Assembly (NCBI GenBank): GCA_041665025.1
Contig: JBAYJP010000002.1
Coordinates: forward strand, 64,691 to 128,690
Direction: 5' to 3'
Source: Candidatus Magasanikiibacteriota bacterium
Lineage (GTDB): Bacteria; Patescibacteriota; Patescibacteriia; Magasanikbacterales; UBA922
DNA length: 64,000 nucleotides
In this document: piece by piece, positions 10,316 through 20,847 of the stretch
Layout: each line of letters begins with the position of its first letter
Position numbering within the stretch: position 1 is the stretch's first letter
Notes under the pieces: model-generated
What the model was told of the DNA's origin: nothing
Databases searched by the model: none
What the model saw: the letters and a program-made list of their open reading frames with translations, nothing else
Program-made: the position numbers and the translations under genes

Positions 10316-12805
10316 ATGAAAATTGTTTCAAAAAAAGAAGAAGGGGAAGAAACAAAATTTGAAGGAAGGGTAGAGCCTGTCAATCTCGTAGACGAAATGC
10401 AAACGTCATATCTTGACTACGCCATGAGTGTCATTGTTTCACGTGCTTTGCCAGATGTGCGCGATGGCTTGAAGCCTGTGCACCGCAGAATTCTCTATGC
10501 GATGTGGGATATTGGCCTCAAACATACTTCAAAATTTAGAAAGTCTGCTCACGTGGTCGGTGAAGTGATGGCCAAATACCACCCTCATGGAGACAGTGCT
10601 ATTTATGATTCTCTCGTACGCATGGCCCAAGATTTCAACATGCGCCACATGCTTGTGCACGGTCAAGGTAACTTTGGTTCTATGGATGGAGATAGCGCGG
10701 CTGCCATGCGTTATACCGAAGCAAAACTACATGCGATAGCCGAAGAAATGCTTTTAGATATAGAAAAGAAAACTGTAGACTTTTCACCCACATACGATGG
10801 CTCACACCGTGAACCGCGTGTATTGCCAAGCAAGCTCCCCAATCTTTTACTCAACGGCAGTATGGGTATTGCAGTTGGTATGGCAACCAATATTCCTCCT
10901 CATAATTTGGGAGAATTATGCGACGGTGTCACCCACCTCATAGACAATCCAAAAGCAACCGTTGAAGACCTCATGACATATATCAAAGGGCCTGACTTCC
11001 CCACCGGTGGTATTATTTATAATGCAAAAGATATTGAGGTTGCCTATGCCACAGGACGAGGCGGCATCCTTATGCGCGCGCGCACTGACATACAAGAGGA
11101 TAAGACTGGCTATTTCAAAATAATCGTGAGCGAGGTTCCCTATCAAGTAAACAAAGCAGTGTTGATTGAAAAAATTGCCACATTAGTTCAAGAAAAAAAA
11201 TTAGAAGATATTAGAGATCTGCGCGACGAGTCAAATAAAGACGGCGTGCGTATTGTTATTGAACTCAAAAAAGACGCCTATCCCAAAAAAGTTTTGAACC
11301 GTTTGTTCAAACTCACCGAACTCCAGACAACATTCCATGTCAATTTGCTCGCACTTGTCGATGGGCTCCAGCCTCGTGTCTTGAACATCAAAACAGTACT
11401 CGAGGAACATATCAAACATCGTCAAGAAATTATCCGCCGGCGCACTGAATTTGATTTGGATAAGGCAAAAGAACGCGCACATATTTTGGAAGGTTTGAAA
11501 AAAGCGTTAGACAAAATTGATTTAGTTATTGCAACCATTCGCAAATCAAAAGACAAAGAAGAGGCAAAACTAAACCTCATGAAAAAATTTGATTTTACCG
11601 AACGCCAGACCGTCGCTATTCTTGAGATGAGATTGCAACAACTTGCCAACCTTGAACGCCAGAAGATTGAAGATGAGCTAAAAAAGATGAAAGAGCTCAT
11701 AAAGGAATACGAAGCAATTCTTGCAAGTCCTAAAAAAATACTCGGTCTTATCAAAGACGAAATACAAGATATCAAATCAAAATTTGCCGATGAAAGACGC
11801 ACCCAAATTGTCGCTCATGGTGTTAAAGAATTTAGTATAGAAGACCTCGTGCCAAATGAACCGACACTTGTCATTACTACGCGTGACGGCTACATCAAAC
11901 GCTTGCCTCCTGATACATTCAAAACTCAAAGCCGTGGAGGCAAAGGTGTTATGGGATTGACTACCAAAGAAGAAGACGTGGTAGATGAGATTATTTCGAC
12001 CAACACGCATGACAATATTTTGTTCTTTACCACTCGTGGACGCGTATTCCAACTCCGTGCATATGACATGCCCGTTGCGTCACGCACATCCAAAGGACAG
12101 GCTTTGGTAAATTTCTTGCAACTCGCTCCAAACGAAAAAGTGAGTGCTATGCTCTCTGTAAGCGACATGAGTAAATATAAATACCTTATCATGCTCACGA
12201 CCAAAGGCACTATAAAAAAGACCGCTCTTGAGGATTTCTCCAATGTGCGCCGCTCAGGACTTATTGCACTCAAGCTCAAAGAAGACGACATGCTCGAATG
12301 GGTACGCCCTACAAGCGGCAGTAATGACATTATGGTCATAACAGCCCAAGGACAGTCCATCCGCTTCAAGGAAGCCAATGTACGGCCTATGGGACGTACG
12401 GCAAGTGGAGTGCGTGGCATGAGACTCAAGTCAAATGACCACGTCGTAGGCATGGATGCAGTCTCATCTGACTTGGTAAAACGAAAAGTCCTTGAACTCC
12501 TGGTCATTTCTGAACATGGGCTTGGCAAACGCACCAATCTAAATGAATACAAAATTCAAGGTCGTGGCGGTAGTGGTGTAAAAACAATGGCAGTAACCCA
12601 AAAAACAGGAAAAATTATTAGCGCGCACATTATCAATAATACTGAAAATAATGACCTCATGATTATTTCAGTAAATGGCCAGGTCGTACGCACACCGCTC
12701 AAATCAATTTCAGTGCTCGGTCGTGCAACCCAAGGCGTACGGGTGATGCGATTTAAAGAAGAGAATGATAAAGTTGCCAGTATTGCAGTGCTTCTGGGAG
12801 AATAA
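10316..12805 (+). CDS. gyrA: DNA gyrase subunit A
   Basis: 'RALPDVRDGLKPVHRR', 'YHPHGD', catalytic 'AAMRYTE', GyrA box 'QSRGGKG'. Confidence 0.97.
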   Translation: MKIVSKKEEGEETKFEGRVEPVNLVDEMQTSYLDYAMSVIVSRALPDVRDGLKPVHRRILYAMWDIGLKHTSKFRKSAHVVGEVMAKYHPHGDSAIYDSLVRMAQDFNMRHMLVHGQGNFGSMDGDSAAAMRYTEAKLHAIAEEMLLDIEKKTVDFSPTYDGSHREPRVLPSKLPNLLLNGSMGIAVGMATNIPPHNLGELCDGVTHLIDNPKATVEDLMTYIKGPDFPTGGIIYNAKDIEVAYATGRGGILMRARTDIQEDKTGYFKIIVSEVPYQVNKAVLIEKIATLVQEKKLEDIRDLRDESNKDGVRIVIELKKDAYPKKVLNRLFKLTELQTTFHVNLLALVDGLQPRVLNIKTVLEEHIKHRQEIIRRRTEFDLDKAKERAHILEGLKKALDKIDLVIATIRKSKDKEEAKLNLMKKFDFTERQTVAILEMRLQQLANLERQKIEDELKKMKELIKEYEAILASPKKILGLIKDEIQDIKSKFADERRTQIVAHGVKEFSIEDLVPNEPTLVITTRDGYIKRLPPDTFKTQSRGGKGVMGLTTKEEDVVDEIISTNTHDNILFFTTRGRVFQLRAYDMPVASRTSKGQALVNFLQLAPNEKVSAMLSVSDMSKYKYLIMLTTKGTIKKTALEDFSNVRRSGLIALKLKEDDMLEWVRPTSGSNDIMVITAQGQSIRFKEANVRPMGRTASGVRGMRLKSNDHVVGMDAVSSDLVKRKVLELLVISEHGLGKRTNLNEYKIQGRGGSGVKTMAVTQKTGKIISAHIINNTENNDLMIISVNGQVVRTPLKSISVLGRATQGVRVMRFKEENDKVASIAVLLGE

Positions 12806-12823
12806 GAATAATGAAAAAATAAA

Positions 12824-12856
12824 AAACCCTGTGCCAGAACGGTACAGGGTTTTTGT
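12824..12856. terminator. bidirectional terminator
   Basis: AAAACCCTGTGCC-AGAAC-GGTACAGGGTTTTT. Confidence 0.7.
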
Positions 12857-12937
12857 TTTAAAAAAATTTCAAATCAGGCGGAGATACCGTTTGCTTCAAC
12901 AGTACGGATTTCAAGAAGTTCTCCCATATATGTATTA

Positions 12938-13513
12938 TTACTTTGATAATAATTTCAAACTTTCTCTAAGCAAAACTCCCGCATCTTTTCCTTCAGAATC
13001 TAAATTATTTACCACTCTACGAGCTTCTTCTCTACTATAACCCATATTCACTAATGCCTCAACTACTTCACCCAAAACGCCACTCGCCTGTTCCCTGTTC
13101 CCTGTTCCCTGTTCCCTGATCTTTGATTTCAAATCCACAACTATCCTCTCTGCTGTCTTTTTTCCAATTCCACTCACACCCGTCAAATAAGCCACATCTC
13201 CCCTGCCAATCGCAGATTGAATATGTTCAAGACTTCCGAGACCCATGATATTCATGGCAGTACGCGGCCCAACACCATTGACTGAAATGAGAAGTTCAAA
13301 AAATTCTTTTTCTTCTAACGTCTTAAACCCAAATAATTCCATGGCATTTTCTGAAACTTTTAAATATGTATAGACTGTTACTTCTTGCCCATTTTTTAAT
13401 TCAACAAAAAAAGGCGCGGATACATGTACTTCATATCCAACGCCTGATTGTGTAAACAAAACAATGATATTATTTCTTTGAAAAATTATTGTACCAAAAA
13501 GTGCAGAGATCAT
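12938..13513 (-). CDS. ruvA: Holliday junction branch migration protein RuvA
   Basis: 'GVGYEV', 'LISVNGVGPRTA', 'GIGKKTAERIVVDLK', 'ALVNMGY'. Confidence 0.95.
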   Translation of the reverse strand: MISALFGTIIFQRNNIIVLFTQSGVGYEVHVSAPFFVELKNGQEVTVYTYLKVSENAMELFGFKTLEEKEFFELLISVNGVGPRTAMNIMGLGSLEHIQSAIGRGDVAYLTGVSGIGKKTAERIVVDLKSKIREQGTGNREQASGVLGEVVEALVNMGYSREEARRVVNNLDSEGKDAGVLLRESLKLLSK

Positions 13514-13539
13514 GTTACTACGATTAAAAAACCGGAATA

Positions 13540-14349
13540 CTACATTCTTGCCTCTCGACGATTTTGTGACGACTGCAAATCTCCAGCCCTCCTACGCAGA
13601 TCTTCGACCTTAGATAGCAGGGCCCCACCATCCGCCAGACGGACTTTGCTCGAACCCATGTTAGCTCTTAGACCATTTGCAACAACATTTAGTCGTTCAG
13701 TTTGAACTTGAGCCAAGTCATTGAACGACCCATCAATTCCCTGTGCTTCAATTGCACTTCTATCTGTATCCTGTAAAATATCTATTTCTTTCCCAATAGC
13801 CCGAAGTTCTTTAAAAATCAATTCATAGTCAGGACCTTTCGCTTGTGCTTCTATATCTTCAATCTGTTCTACTACTCGCTCTAAATCACGCTGTGTTGGC
13901 ACCATTTCTAAATTAACAGAATTTGAATCTCCCATCGCATACCCTTGGTTGAAAAGTTCTTTTGCATTTGCAAATCTCTCGCGATACAAAGTAAGGATAT
14001 TTTCGAGTGCTGGTTTAACCCTTCGCACCACCATAGAGACATACAATGGCAAATTTGGGGAGTTTAACAATTCTTGAACTGACCCAACATAGTCTCTCAC
14101 AGCATGAACATTTTCTGTACTTGAGAACTCGTTGCTTTCCTTTGCTATATGCTGAAGTTCTTCCAAACCAGAATTTACAATGTTGTAAAAGCGAACATCC
14201 ATTTCTTGGTCAAGCTCATCACCAGTAAGAGTCTCGCTTCTATCCCGTCTCTGTAATTCTTTCCTCTTTTTTTCATCCAGCTTAGCTCGCTCTGCATGTC
14301 CTGATTGAAAGTTAGATGCTGCTTCATAACGCTCAGAAATTTCAGACAT
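13540..14349 (-). CDS. hypothetical charged helical protein
   Basis: 269-aa ORF, no recognisable motif. Confidence 0.6.
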   Translation of the reverse strand: MSEISERYEAASNFQSGHAERAKLDEKKRKELQRRDRSETLTGDELDQEMDVRFYNIVNSGLEELQHIAKESNEFSSTENVHAVRDYVGSVQELLNSPNLPLYVSMVVRRVKPALENILTLYRERFANAKELFNQGYAMGDSNSVNLEMVPTQRDLERVVEQIEDIEAQAKGPDYELIFKELRAIGKEIDILQDTDRSAIEAQGIDGSFNDLAQVQTERLNVVANGLRANMGSSKVRLADGGALLSKVEDLRRRAGDLQSSQNRREARM

Positions 14350-14369
14350 ATTTTTTGAAGATTAAATCT

Positions 14370-14486
14370 TTAAATCCACATGAGGGTAAAAAATACATGA
14401 ACTTCATATCCAACGCCACAAAGGGTTAATAGAGAAATTTTATTATTATTTTTTGAGACAATTGTACCTTTCAGAAAGGGGAACAT
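14370..14486 (-). pseudogene. truncated duplicate of the ruvA 5' end
   Basis: Translates MFPFLKGTIVSKNNNKISLLTLCGVGYEVHVFFTLMWI*, versus RuvA MISALFGTIIFQRNNIIVLFTQSGVGYEVHV; shared nucleotides ACTTCATATCCAACGCC. Confidence 0.75.
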
Positions 14487-14489
14487 ACG

Positions 14490-14846
14490 TTATGCAGCCA
14501 TTTTTTTCTTAGATGCAACTGCTCTATTCAAATCGTCTTTAAATCGAACAAGTGTCTCTCTCCTTACTCCTGCACCAGGGATATCTCTGCTTTCTTGCAA
14601 CACTTCCCTAATACGCTGTGCTTCCAAAACCAATTTTTGTACCATTTTGGGATCTGCTCCTTCTAATGCTTGTCCCAATCCTTCTATCAGTCCATTCCAA
14701 TATATTAAACTACCTGACTCTCTATCGTTTCCTGGCAACAGGTACTCCTGACCTGCTCGTATAAAACTCAAATCTTCTTGTGCTTGATGAGCTAAAAAAT
14801 TTAAATCAGCGCCTATGGATTGTCTTGATTCAATACGCGATGTCAT
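14490..14846 (-). CDS. hypothetical protein
   Basis: ORF from MTSRIE to KKMAA. Confidence 0.55.
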   Translation of the reverse strand: MTSRIESRQSIGADLNFLAHQAQEDLSFIRAGQEYLLPGNDRESGSLIYWNGLIEGLGQALEGADPKMVQKLVLEAQRIREVLQESRDIPGAGVRRETLVRFKDDLNRAVASKKKMAA

Positions 14847-14906
14847 AATAATATAGTTAAAAATAACAAACAAATATACCACAAATTACCCTTTTTGTCA
14901 ATGTAT

Positions 14907-15335
14907 TCACCTACGTGAACTTGATGTATATTTTTCGTGTAAGCTATGTGCTTCTTGTCTAACTTGTTCCAAGCGACTAGTGGGTATACCATAACGTACG
15001 AACAAACTATGGGGGTTACTCTTCTGGTCGTTTAGGATATCAACTTCATAGTCCATCAAAAGCGAAGTAATAAGTATATCTATCTTCATCAAAACTTCTT
15101 CTATACCCCACTTACTACCTATCTCGGTTGCTTTTTTATAATATCTTTTCAGAAACTCAATGCTATCGCACACTTGAGCTAAAACTCTTACTCGTTCGGA
15201 TTTACGAATATCAAATTCTCTAAGATCAATATTCATCTGGAGAGATTCAATGCGCTCTTTGGTCATGAGAAAAAATTCTTGTATTTTATTTTCTTGAGCA
15301 TCTCTTAGTGCTTCATCCGAAAGTCTTTCGCCCAT
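14907..15335 (-). CDS. hypothetical protein
   Basis: 142-aa ORF in operon orientation. Confidence 0.55.
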   Translation of the reverse strand: MGERLSDEALRDAQENKIQEFFLMTKERIESLQMNIDLREFDIRKSERVRVLAQVCDSIEFLKRYYKKATEIGSKWGIEEVLMKIDILITSLLMDYEVDILNDQKSNPHSLFVRYGIPTSRLEQVRQEAHSLHEKYTSSSRR

Positions 15336-15340
15336 ATTAT

Positions 15341-16654
15341 TTATTTCTTCTTAAACAAAATACTAAATGGCTTAACTTCTTTTTTTAATTCAAATATATA
15401 CGTTCCATTAGCTCCACCATGGCAACTGTCTACTGTTTGTCCATGTACAGTATATATGTTTTGTATGGTAATCTGCAAGTCTTTTGCGTCTGGCTGAAGA
15501 ATATGGATCTTATCACCAACTACAACCGTATTGTGGGGTTTAAAAGTAATTTTAAATATCTTTTTTTCTTTTTCACATGCTAGCACTTGACCCACAAATT
15601 GCTCCTCTCCACCTACATGGCTATTTTCTGTATTTTGTTCAACTGTGTCTCGGCCAAACAAAAATCCAGCGGTATACCCGCGGTGAATGAGGTTTTCTAA
15701 ATATTGTTTTTTAATTAATTTTAATTTCTTCTTATCTGAAATTCCATCCACTGCTTGTCGATATGCCTTAATAACGCTTGAGAGATACGCCACACTTTTT
15801 GCCCTGCCTTCAATTTTGAAACTTGTTATGCCAGCATCAATTAATTCAGGTATATGTTCAATAAGACACAGATCTTTTGAATTGAAGATGTATGTCCCAT
15901 GCATATCTTCTTCCACAGGTATTTTCATACCCGGACGATTTGGCTCTTCAACTTCAACCGCTAAAACATCTCCGAAGCCCACTCGTTTGCTCCCCCTCAT
16001 AGGGGGAGCTGTCTCCGCAGAGACAGAGGGGGTATCTATGTTGTATTTCCAACGACACGGCTGTGCACAATCACCTAAATTTGCACTTCGTCCGGTAAGC
16101 CATGCCGAGAGCATACACCTCCCAGAATAACTCATACACATGGCTCCGTGCACAAAATACTCAAGTTCACATTTTGGAACTCGCTTATGAATTTCTTTTA
16201 TTTCTTTTAGCGTTACTTCCCTGCCTAAGATAACGCGAGAAACGCCTTGCTCATACCAAAATTTTACCGCCTGCCAATTCGTCGCATTTGCTTGAGTAGA
16301 AAGATGAATTGAAATATTTGGTGCGTATTGTTTGACCATTTGTATTACACCTGGGTCAGACACGATAAGTCCATCGGGTTTCCACTGATTTAGTTTTTTC
16401 AAATATGCAGGCAATTGTTTAATATGTTCATTATGCGCGTAAATATTTGCCGTTACATATATTTTTTTTTCCATTGCATGTGCGTATTCGATTGCTTCGC
16501 GCACTTGGTCCAACGTAAATGAATTGATACGTACACGCAAACTAAAATCGGGGATGCCTAAATACACGGCATCAGCTCCATAGGCAAACGCGTATTTCAT
16601 TTTTTCAAAATCACCCGCTGGAGCGAGTAATTCTTTACTTTGCTTTTTAAGCAT
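15341..16654 (-). CDS. U32 family peptidase-like protein (TrhP/YegQ-like tRNA hydroxylation family)
   Basis: 'ELLAPAG', 'HLSTQAN', 'VHGAMCMSYSGRC', 'CAQPCRW', 'SFKIEGR'. Confidence 0.9.
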   Translation of the reverse strand: MLKKQSKELLAPAGDFEKMKYAFAYGADAVYLGIPDFSLRVRINSFTLDQVREAIEYAHAMEKKIYVTANIYAHNEHIKQLPAYLKKLNQWKPDGLIVSDPGVIQMVKQYAPNISIHLSTQANATNWQAVKFWYEQGVSRVILGREVTLKEIKEIHKRVPKCELEYFVHGAMCMSYSGRCMLSAWLTGRSANLGDCAQPCRWKYNIDTPSVSAETAPPMRGSKRVGFGDVLAVEVEEPNRPGMKIPVEEDMHGTYIFNSKDLCLIEHIPELIDAGITSFKIEGRAKSVAYLSSVIKAYRQAVDGISDKKKLKLIKKQYLENLIHRGYTAGFLFGRDTVEQNTENSHVGGEEQFVGQVLACEKEKKIFKITFKPHNTVVVGDKIHILQPDAKDLQITIQNIYTVHGQTVDSCHGGANGTYIFELKKEVKPFSILFKKK

Positions 16655-16663
16655 ACCTATGTG

Positions 16664-18184
16664 CTACTTATGTTTCAAAAAATATTCCACAATAGTTTGT
16701 ACCCCAAATCCATTTGCTCCAGCGCGAATCCATGGTTTTCCTTTTCCGTCATAAATAGCACCAGCCAAGTCAATATGCGCCCATGGGTAGAAAGGATTTT
16801 CGTCTTTATCTTGTGTAAAAAACTCCAAAAATGCAGCACCGATGCTTGCCTGTCCATACTTATCAGCACCATTTCCTGCCGCGTTTCTGATATCTGCGAT
16901 TTCACTTTTGTTTACTTCTTTGAACTCTTCACCGAGTGGTAATCTCCATAGTTGTTCACCACATTCCTGCGAAGATGAAAGGAGGCGCTCAACTATTTTC
17001 TCTTCTTGACTAAAAAGCCCAGAACGTTCGAGGCCAACCGCAACCATACAACCACCCGTAAGTGTAGCTAAATCAATAACCTCTTTCGGATTATATTTAT
17101 TTGCATAGCAAAGGGCATCTGCCAAAATCAATCTGCCCTCGGCATCAGTATTTTTTATTTCAACGCTTTTTCCATTATACGCAGTCAAAATATCATCTGG
17201 TCTAAATGCTGAACCGCCTGGCATATTCTCGGCTGCAGGGATAAGGGCGACGATATTTTTCTTGATCTTTAATGACGCAGACACATACATAATACCCAAT
17301 ACTGCTGCGGCGCCCAGCATATCATATTTCATATCTACCAAATAATCCCGCGGCTTAAGGCTCAAACCCCCTGAATCATAGGTCACGCCTTTTCCAACTA
17401 GCACAGTAGGTTTCTCTGTTGCTTTTGAAGCTCCCTTATATTCCACCACAATAAATTTTGGTTCTTCCTGCGAGCCTTTTGCAACACCGAGCAATAAACC
17501 CATTCCCATTTTTTCTAAATTTTTTTTTGAAAAAATCGTGACATTGAGAGAGCCAAACTTCTTGGTATGCGACTGGGCTTCCTTGGCCAAATAACTTGGC
17601 GTCATAATTGTAGGAGGATGATTTCCCAAATGGCGCGCCAAATTGACGCCTTCACCAATAACACGACCGAGCTCAATACCTGCTTCAAACAATTTTTGTT
17701 CAGACGATTTTACATCCAAAATACATTCAATATGTGTCACGAGGGAGACTCGGCTTTCTTTGTCGGTCTTGTGTTCATCATACGCATACGAAGCAATCTC
17801 TACAGCCACAGCAGTTTCCTTGCCTACACGTTTTTTATCCCATTTTTTCGTGATTTCCACAGGCACAACCACTGCAATGTTCTGATTTTTCTTATTCTGT
17901 GCATATACTATGGCAGCGCCAATCACTTCCTTATATCGCTTTATGGTTATGTCTCTTTCTCTGCCCATACCAACAAATAAAACTTTTTTCACCATACTAT
18001 GAGAACCATAAACAAGCGTCATTTCTAATTTTTTGCCCGTTAGATCACCCTCAATCAAATTCTCAACTGCTCTATCAAGCGTCACTCCATAAAATTGAAC
18101 GCCTTTATTTTTTTTATCCTCAAATAAAGGAACGACGAGGATGCTTGACCTTCGAGGCTCAGACAAATAACTATATGAAATCAT
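16664..18184 (-). CDS. pepA: leucyl aminopeptidase (M17)
   Basis: 'VGKGVTYDSGG', 'MKYDM', 'NTDAEGRLILADAL', 'ATLTG'. Confidence 0.95.
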   Translation of the reverse strand: MISYSYLSEPRRSSILVVPLFEDKKNKGVQFYGVTLDRAVENLIEGDLTGKKLEMTLVYGSHSMVKKVLFVGMGRERDITIKRYKEVIGAAIVYAQNKKNQNIAVVVPVEITKKWDKKRVGKETAVAVEIASYAYDEHKTDKESRVSLVTHIECILDVKSSEQKLFEAGIELGRVIGEGVNLARHLGNHPPTIMTPSYLAKEAQSHTKKFGSLNVTIFSKKNLEKMGMGLLLGVAKGSQEEPKFIVVEYKGASKATEKPTVLVGKGVTYDSGGLSLKPRDYLVDMKYDMLGAAAVLGIMYVSASLKIKKNIVALIPAAENMPGGSAFRPDDILTAYNGKSVEIKNTDAEGRLILADALCYANKYNPKEVIDLATLTGGCMVAVGLERSGLFSQEEKIVERLLSSSQECGEQLWRLPLGEEFKEVNKSEIADIRNAAGNGADKYGQASIGAAFLEFFTQDKDENPFYPWAHIDLAGAIYDGKGKPWIRAGANGFGVQTIVEYFLKHK

Positions 18185-18289
18185 ATAAAAAACATTAATG
18201 TGTAAGTTTTTTGATTGTAACGTGTTTTATTCTCAAAGTCAATAAAACCCACCGTCGGTGGATTTTATTGTACATAACTTTTATAAATA

Positions 18290-19219
18290 TTAAATCCTTT
18301 CAATTTTTTTGCCCGTAAAATCTGTAAACTCGCTCCTATCCACTTTCCAAAAATTCAAAGCAACCGGCACTTTGCCAGATCCTCCGGGCGTGTCTATAAC
18401 ATACATAGGACATGCAAGCCCACTAAGACGTGAACGCAATTCTGTCATCATCTGCACTTCTTTATCAAAATCTACAATAAAATGCTCTGCGCCACGAACT
18501 AAATCGCATCTATAAAAATAATATGGTTTTACGCCTATTTCGACGAGACCGCTAAATAAATCATACAACACTCCAACTGAGTCATTTACGCCTGCCAAAG
18601 ATACAGTCTGGGACAAAAGCATGGTAGAAACTTTTTGTAATTTCTTTATTGCTTTCAGTGTCTGTGGTGTTATCTCGGCTGGATGTTCAAAATGAACCAT
18701 GAGATATAATGGCTGTGTTTTTACTACTTTAAGCGCATCAATTACCTTCTGATTTACCATTGAGGGATTAGAGGCGTGAAGCCGGGTGCCCACGCGAATA
18801 ATTTTAATCTGTGGCAAGGCAGAAAATTTTTCTAGTGCTTTCTTCAGCAAACCTGGGACAGTCAAGGGGTCGCCACCGGAAAAAACAAGTTCTCGTATTT
18901 CTGGATGTTTTTTCACATAGGTAACCATCTTATTTAGATCTCTTCCATTGATGACACCTTTTTGGATATCTGATACCTTTCTTCTGCGTGTACAAAAACG
19001 GCAATACGCTGCACAGTTCATGGTTAATAAAACCAGCGCTCGATTTCCATACTTATGGACAAGCCCACGCGTTACTGTGTGTTCTTCTTCCATCAATGGA
19101 TCTACCATGGTTAATTCTTCGTCCTTTTCCTCTTTATCTGAAGGGACGAATTGATTGTATATCGCGGGACAAACCTTGGTGAGTTTTTTTAGATATGGTG
19201 ATAATCGAGTTGCGAGCAT
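18290..19219 (-). CDS. KamA family radical SAM/PLP aminomutase-like protein
   Basis: 'GLVHKY', CxxxCxxC 'CAAYCRFCTR', 'SGGDPL', 'PYY', 'PGGSGKVP'. Confidence 0.9.
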   Translation of the reverse strand: MLATRLSPYLKKLTKVCPAIYNQFVPSDKEEKDEELTMVDPLMEEEHTVTRGLVHKYGNRALVLLTMNCAAYCRFCTRRRKVSDIQKGVINGRDLNKMVTYVKKHPEIRELVFSGGDPLTVPGLLKKALEKFSALPQIKIIRVGTRLHASNPSMVNQKVIDALKVVKTQPLYLMVHFEHPAEITPQTLKAIKKLQKVSTMLLSQTVSLAGVNDSVGVLYDLFSGLVEIGVKPYYFYRCDLVRGAEHFIVDFDKEVQMMTELRSRLSGLACPMYVIDTPGGSGKVPVALNFWKVDRSEFTDFTGKKIERI

Positions 19220-19234
19220 ATTAAAAATAATTAA

Positions 19235-19825
19235 TCAATTTAATTTTAAAATATCCAATATAATTTTTTTATGCTTATCTTTATTTTCGATACAATCTTT
19301 TTTAATTTTGGAAAAATAATTCTGTATTGTTTTATTATCCTCTTCAACTAATTTCAGTGCTTCCCAAACTGATATACCCGACTGACCCATAAGACAGTCC
19401 GCTTCTTCGCCAGGCTCATATACTACTTCCCCTTTCTCATCAACCCAAAAAGGATATATCTTACAAACTAACGGCCTATTATCTCTTAATGTACAGCCGT
19501 GCCCATCGCTAAGAAAAATACAGTCGCCATTTTTATTTTTCTTTATATTAGTTTTAAAAAAATTCTTACCAATTTTAATTAAGCTATTTTTCCACCACGC
19601 TTCATCATCATGCATGCTTTCAAGCTTATATTCGCCAGCAATCACAAAATCTTGAATTTGATATCCGAGGGAAGTTATTGTATTAATATCTTCAATCATC
19701 AGCGGAAATTTCAGCCATCCTTCACAACATGAAACTTTATTTATTTTTTTACATTCAAGACATTTGTTAAATGTGATAGTATCTGCCATACATACCTGCT
19801 TAAAATTATCGACCTGGATATTCAA
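19235..19825 (-). CDS. YkgJ-like cysteine-cluster protein
   Basis: CxxC..CC, 'CIFL', 'GCTL', 'RPLVCKIYPF'. Confidence 0.8.
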   Translation of the reverse strand: MNIQVDNFKQVCMADTITFNKCLECKKINKVSCCEGWLKFPLMIEDINTITSLGYQIQDFVIAGEYKLESMHDDEAWWKNSLIKIGKNFFKTNIKKNKNGDCIFLSDGHGCTLRDNRPLVCKIYPFWVDEKGEVVYEPGEEADCLMGQSGISVWEALKLVEEDNKTIQNYFSKIKKDCIENKDKHKKIILDILKLN

Positions 19826-20837
19826 TATTATAACGTTTACATGAGGATTTTAAAATTTCCTCAATCATTTGTTCGTAGCTCATTCCTGAACTTTTCGCAG
19901 CCCTCACAAAACGTGAATTCCCTTCAATATGAGGCGTTATTCCTGGCGGACAATTCACTTCAATAAAATATGGTTCTCCATCCACATCTAGTCGGATATC
20001 AAATCGTGCCCAATCTAGCATTTGTAACTTCTCAAAGGCCATAAAACATAGATCACCTATTTTCTTCTCTAACTCTACATCGATGTTTGCAGGACAAACC
20101 AACGGATCTTTTCCTTTGGCTGGATCATCGTACACCCATTTTGATTCGTAATGTTCAAACTTAGGCATATTTTCTGGCAGGTCATCAAATGTGATTTCAA
20201 CAATAGACAATATTTTTGGCGGATTTCCTAACATCCCCACCGTGAATTCCCTCCCCGGTAAATATTCCTCCACAATAACTGGCTGTCTAAATTCTTCTAG
20301 TAATTTCCTTACAACTTTTTTTAAAGAAAAAGAGTCATTAACAAGGTTGCTACTTTTAATACCCTTGCTTGAGCCCTCGCCTAAGGGTTTTGCAAGAGCA
20401 GGATAAAAATCAACGCCCCCATTTTCAATTTCTCCTAAATTTCTAAATACTTTCCACCTAGGAGTCTTGATACCATAAAATCCCAAGATCTCTTTAGCAA
20501 CTGATTTATTTAAACCAACTGCATAACTCAAAGGTTTAGGGCCCGTATACGGGATGCCAAGCATTTCAAGCATCGCAGGAATTTGCGCTTCCCGATCTGC
20601 TCCATGTATACCTTCAGCAATATTAAATACAATATCTATGGTTCCTTTCAAATCTTTCAATTTCAAATATGCATTTTCGTCTGCCTCCACATGAAAGACC
20701 TTATGACCCAACGCCTCAAGTGCCTTAGTAATTCCTTCAATGGTGATTGGCTCATCAAATTCAGCTTCTTTTATATACTGAGGGTCATTGATGTCGGGTT
20801 TAACATGGCGAATATTGTAAGTTAATCCGATGTTCAT
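19806..20837 (-). CDS. D-Ala-D-Ala ligase-like ATP-grasp protein
   Basis: 'VFNIAEG', 'REAQIPA', 'EGSSKGI', 'VEEYLPGREFTV', 'FIEVN'. Confidence 0.85.
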   Translation of the reverse strand: MNIGLTYNIRHVKPDINDPQYIKEAEFDEPITIEGITKALEALGHKVFHVEADENAYLKLKDLKGTIDIVFNIAEGIHGADREAQIPAMLEMLGIPYTGPKPLSYAVGLNKSVAKEILGFYGIKTPRWKVFRNLGEIENGGVDFYPALAKPLGEGSSKGIKSSNLVNDSFSLKKVVRKLLEEFRQPVIVEEYLPGREFTVGMLGNPPKILSIVEITFDDLPENMPKFEHYESKWVYDDPAKGKDPLVCPANIDVELEKKIGDLCFMAFEKLQMLDWARFDIRLDVDGEPYFIEVNCPPGITPHIEGNSRFVRAAKSSGMSYEQMIEEILKSSCKRYNIEYPGR

Positions 20838-20847
20838 AATTAATATC

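Noticed and set aside
11926-12552. Long antisense ORFs inside gyrA and other genes
   Set aside because: Shadow frames of well-supported genes, with no recognisable motifs.
18290-19219. Calling the KamA-like gene epmB or kamA
   Set aside because: Substrate cannot be assigned from motifs, and no efp/epmA or lysine-fermentation genes are in the window.
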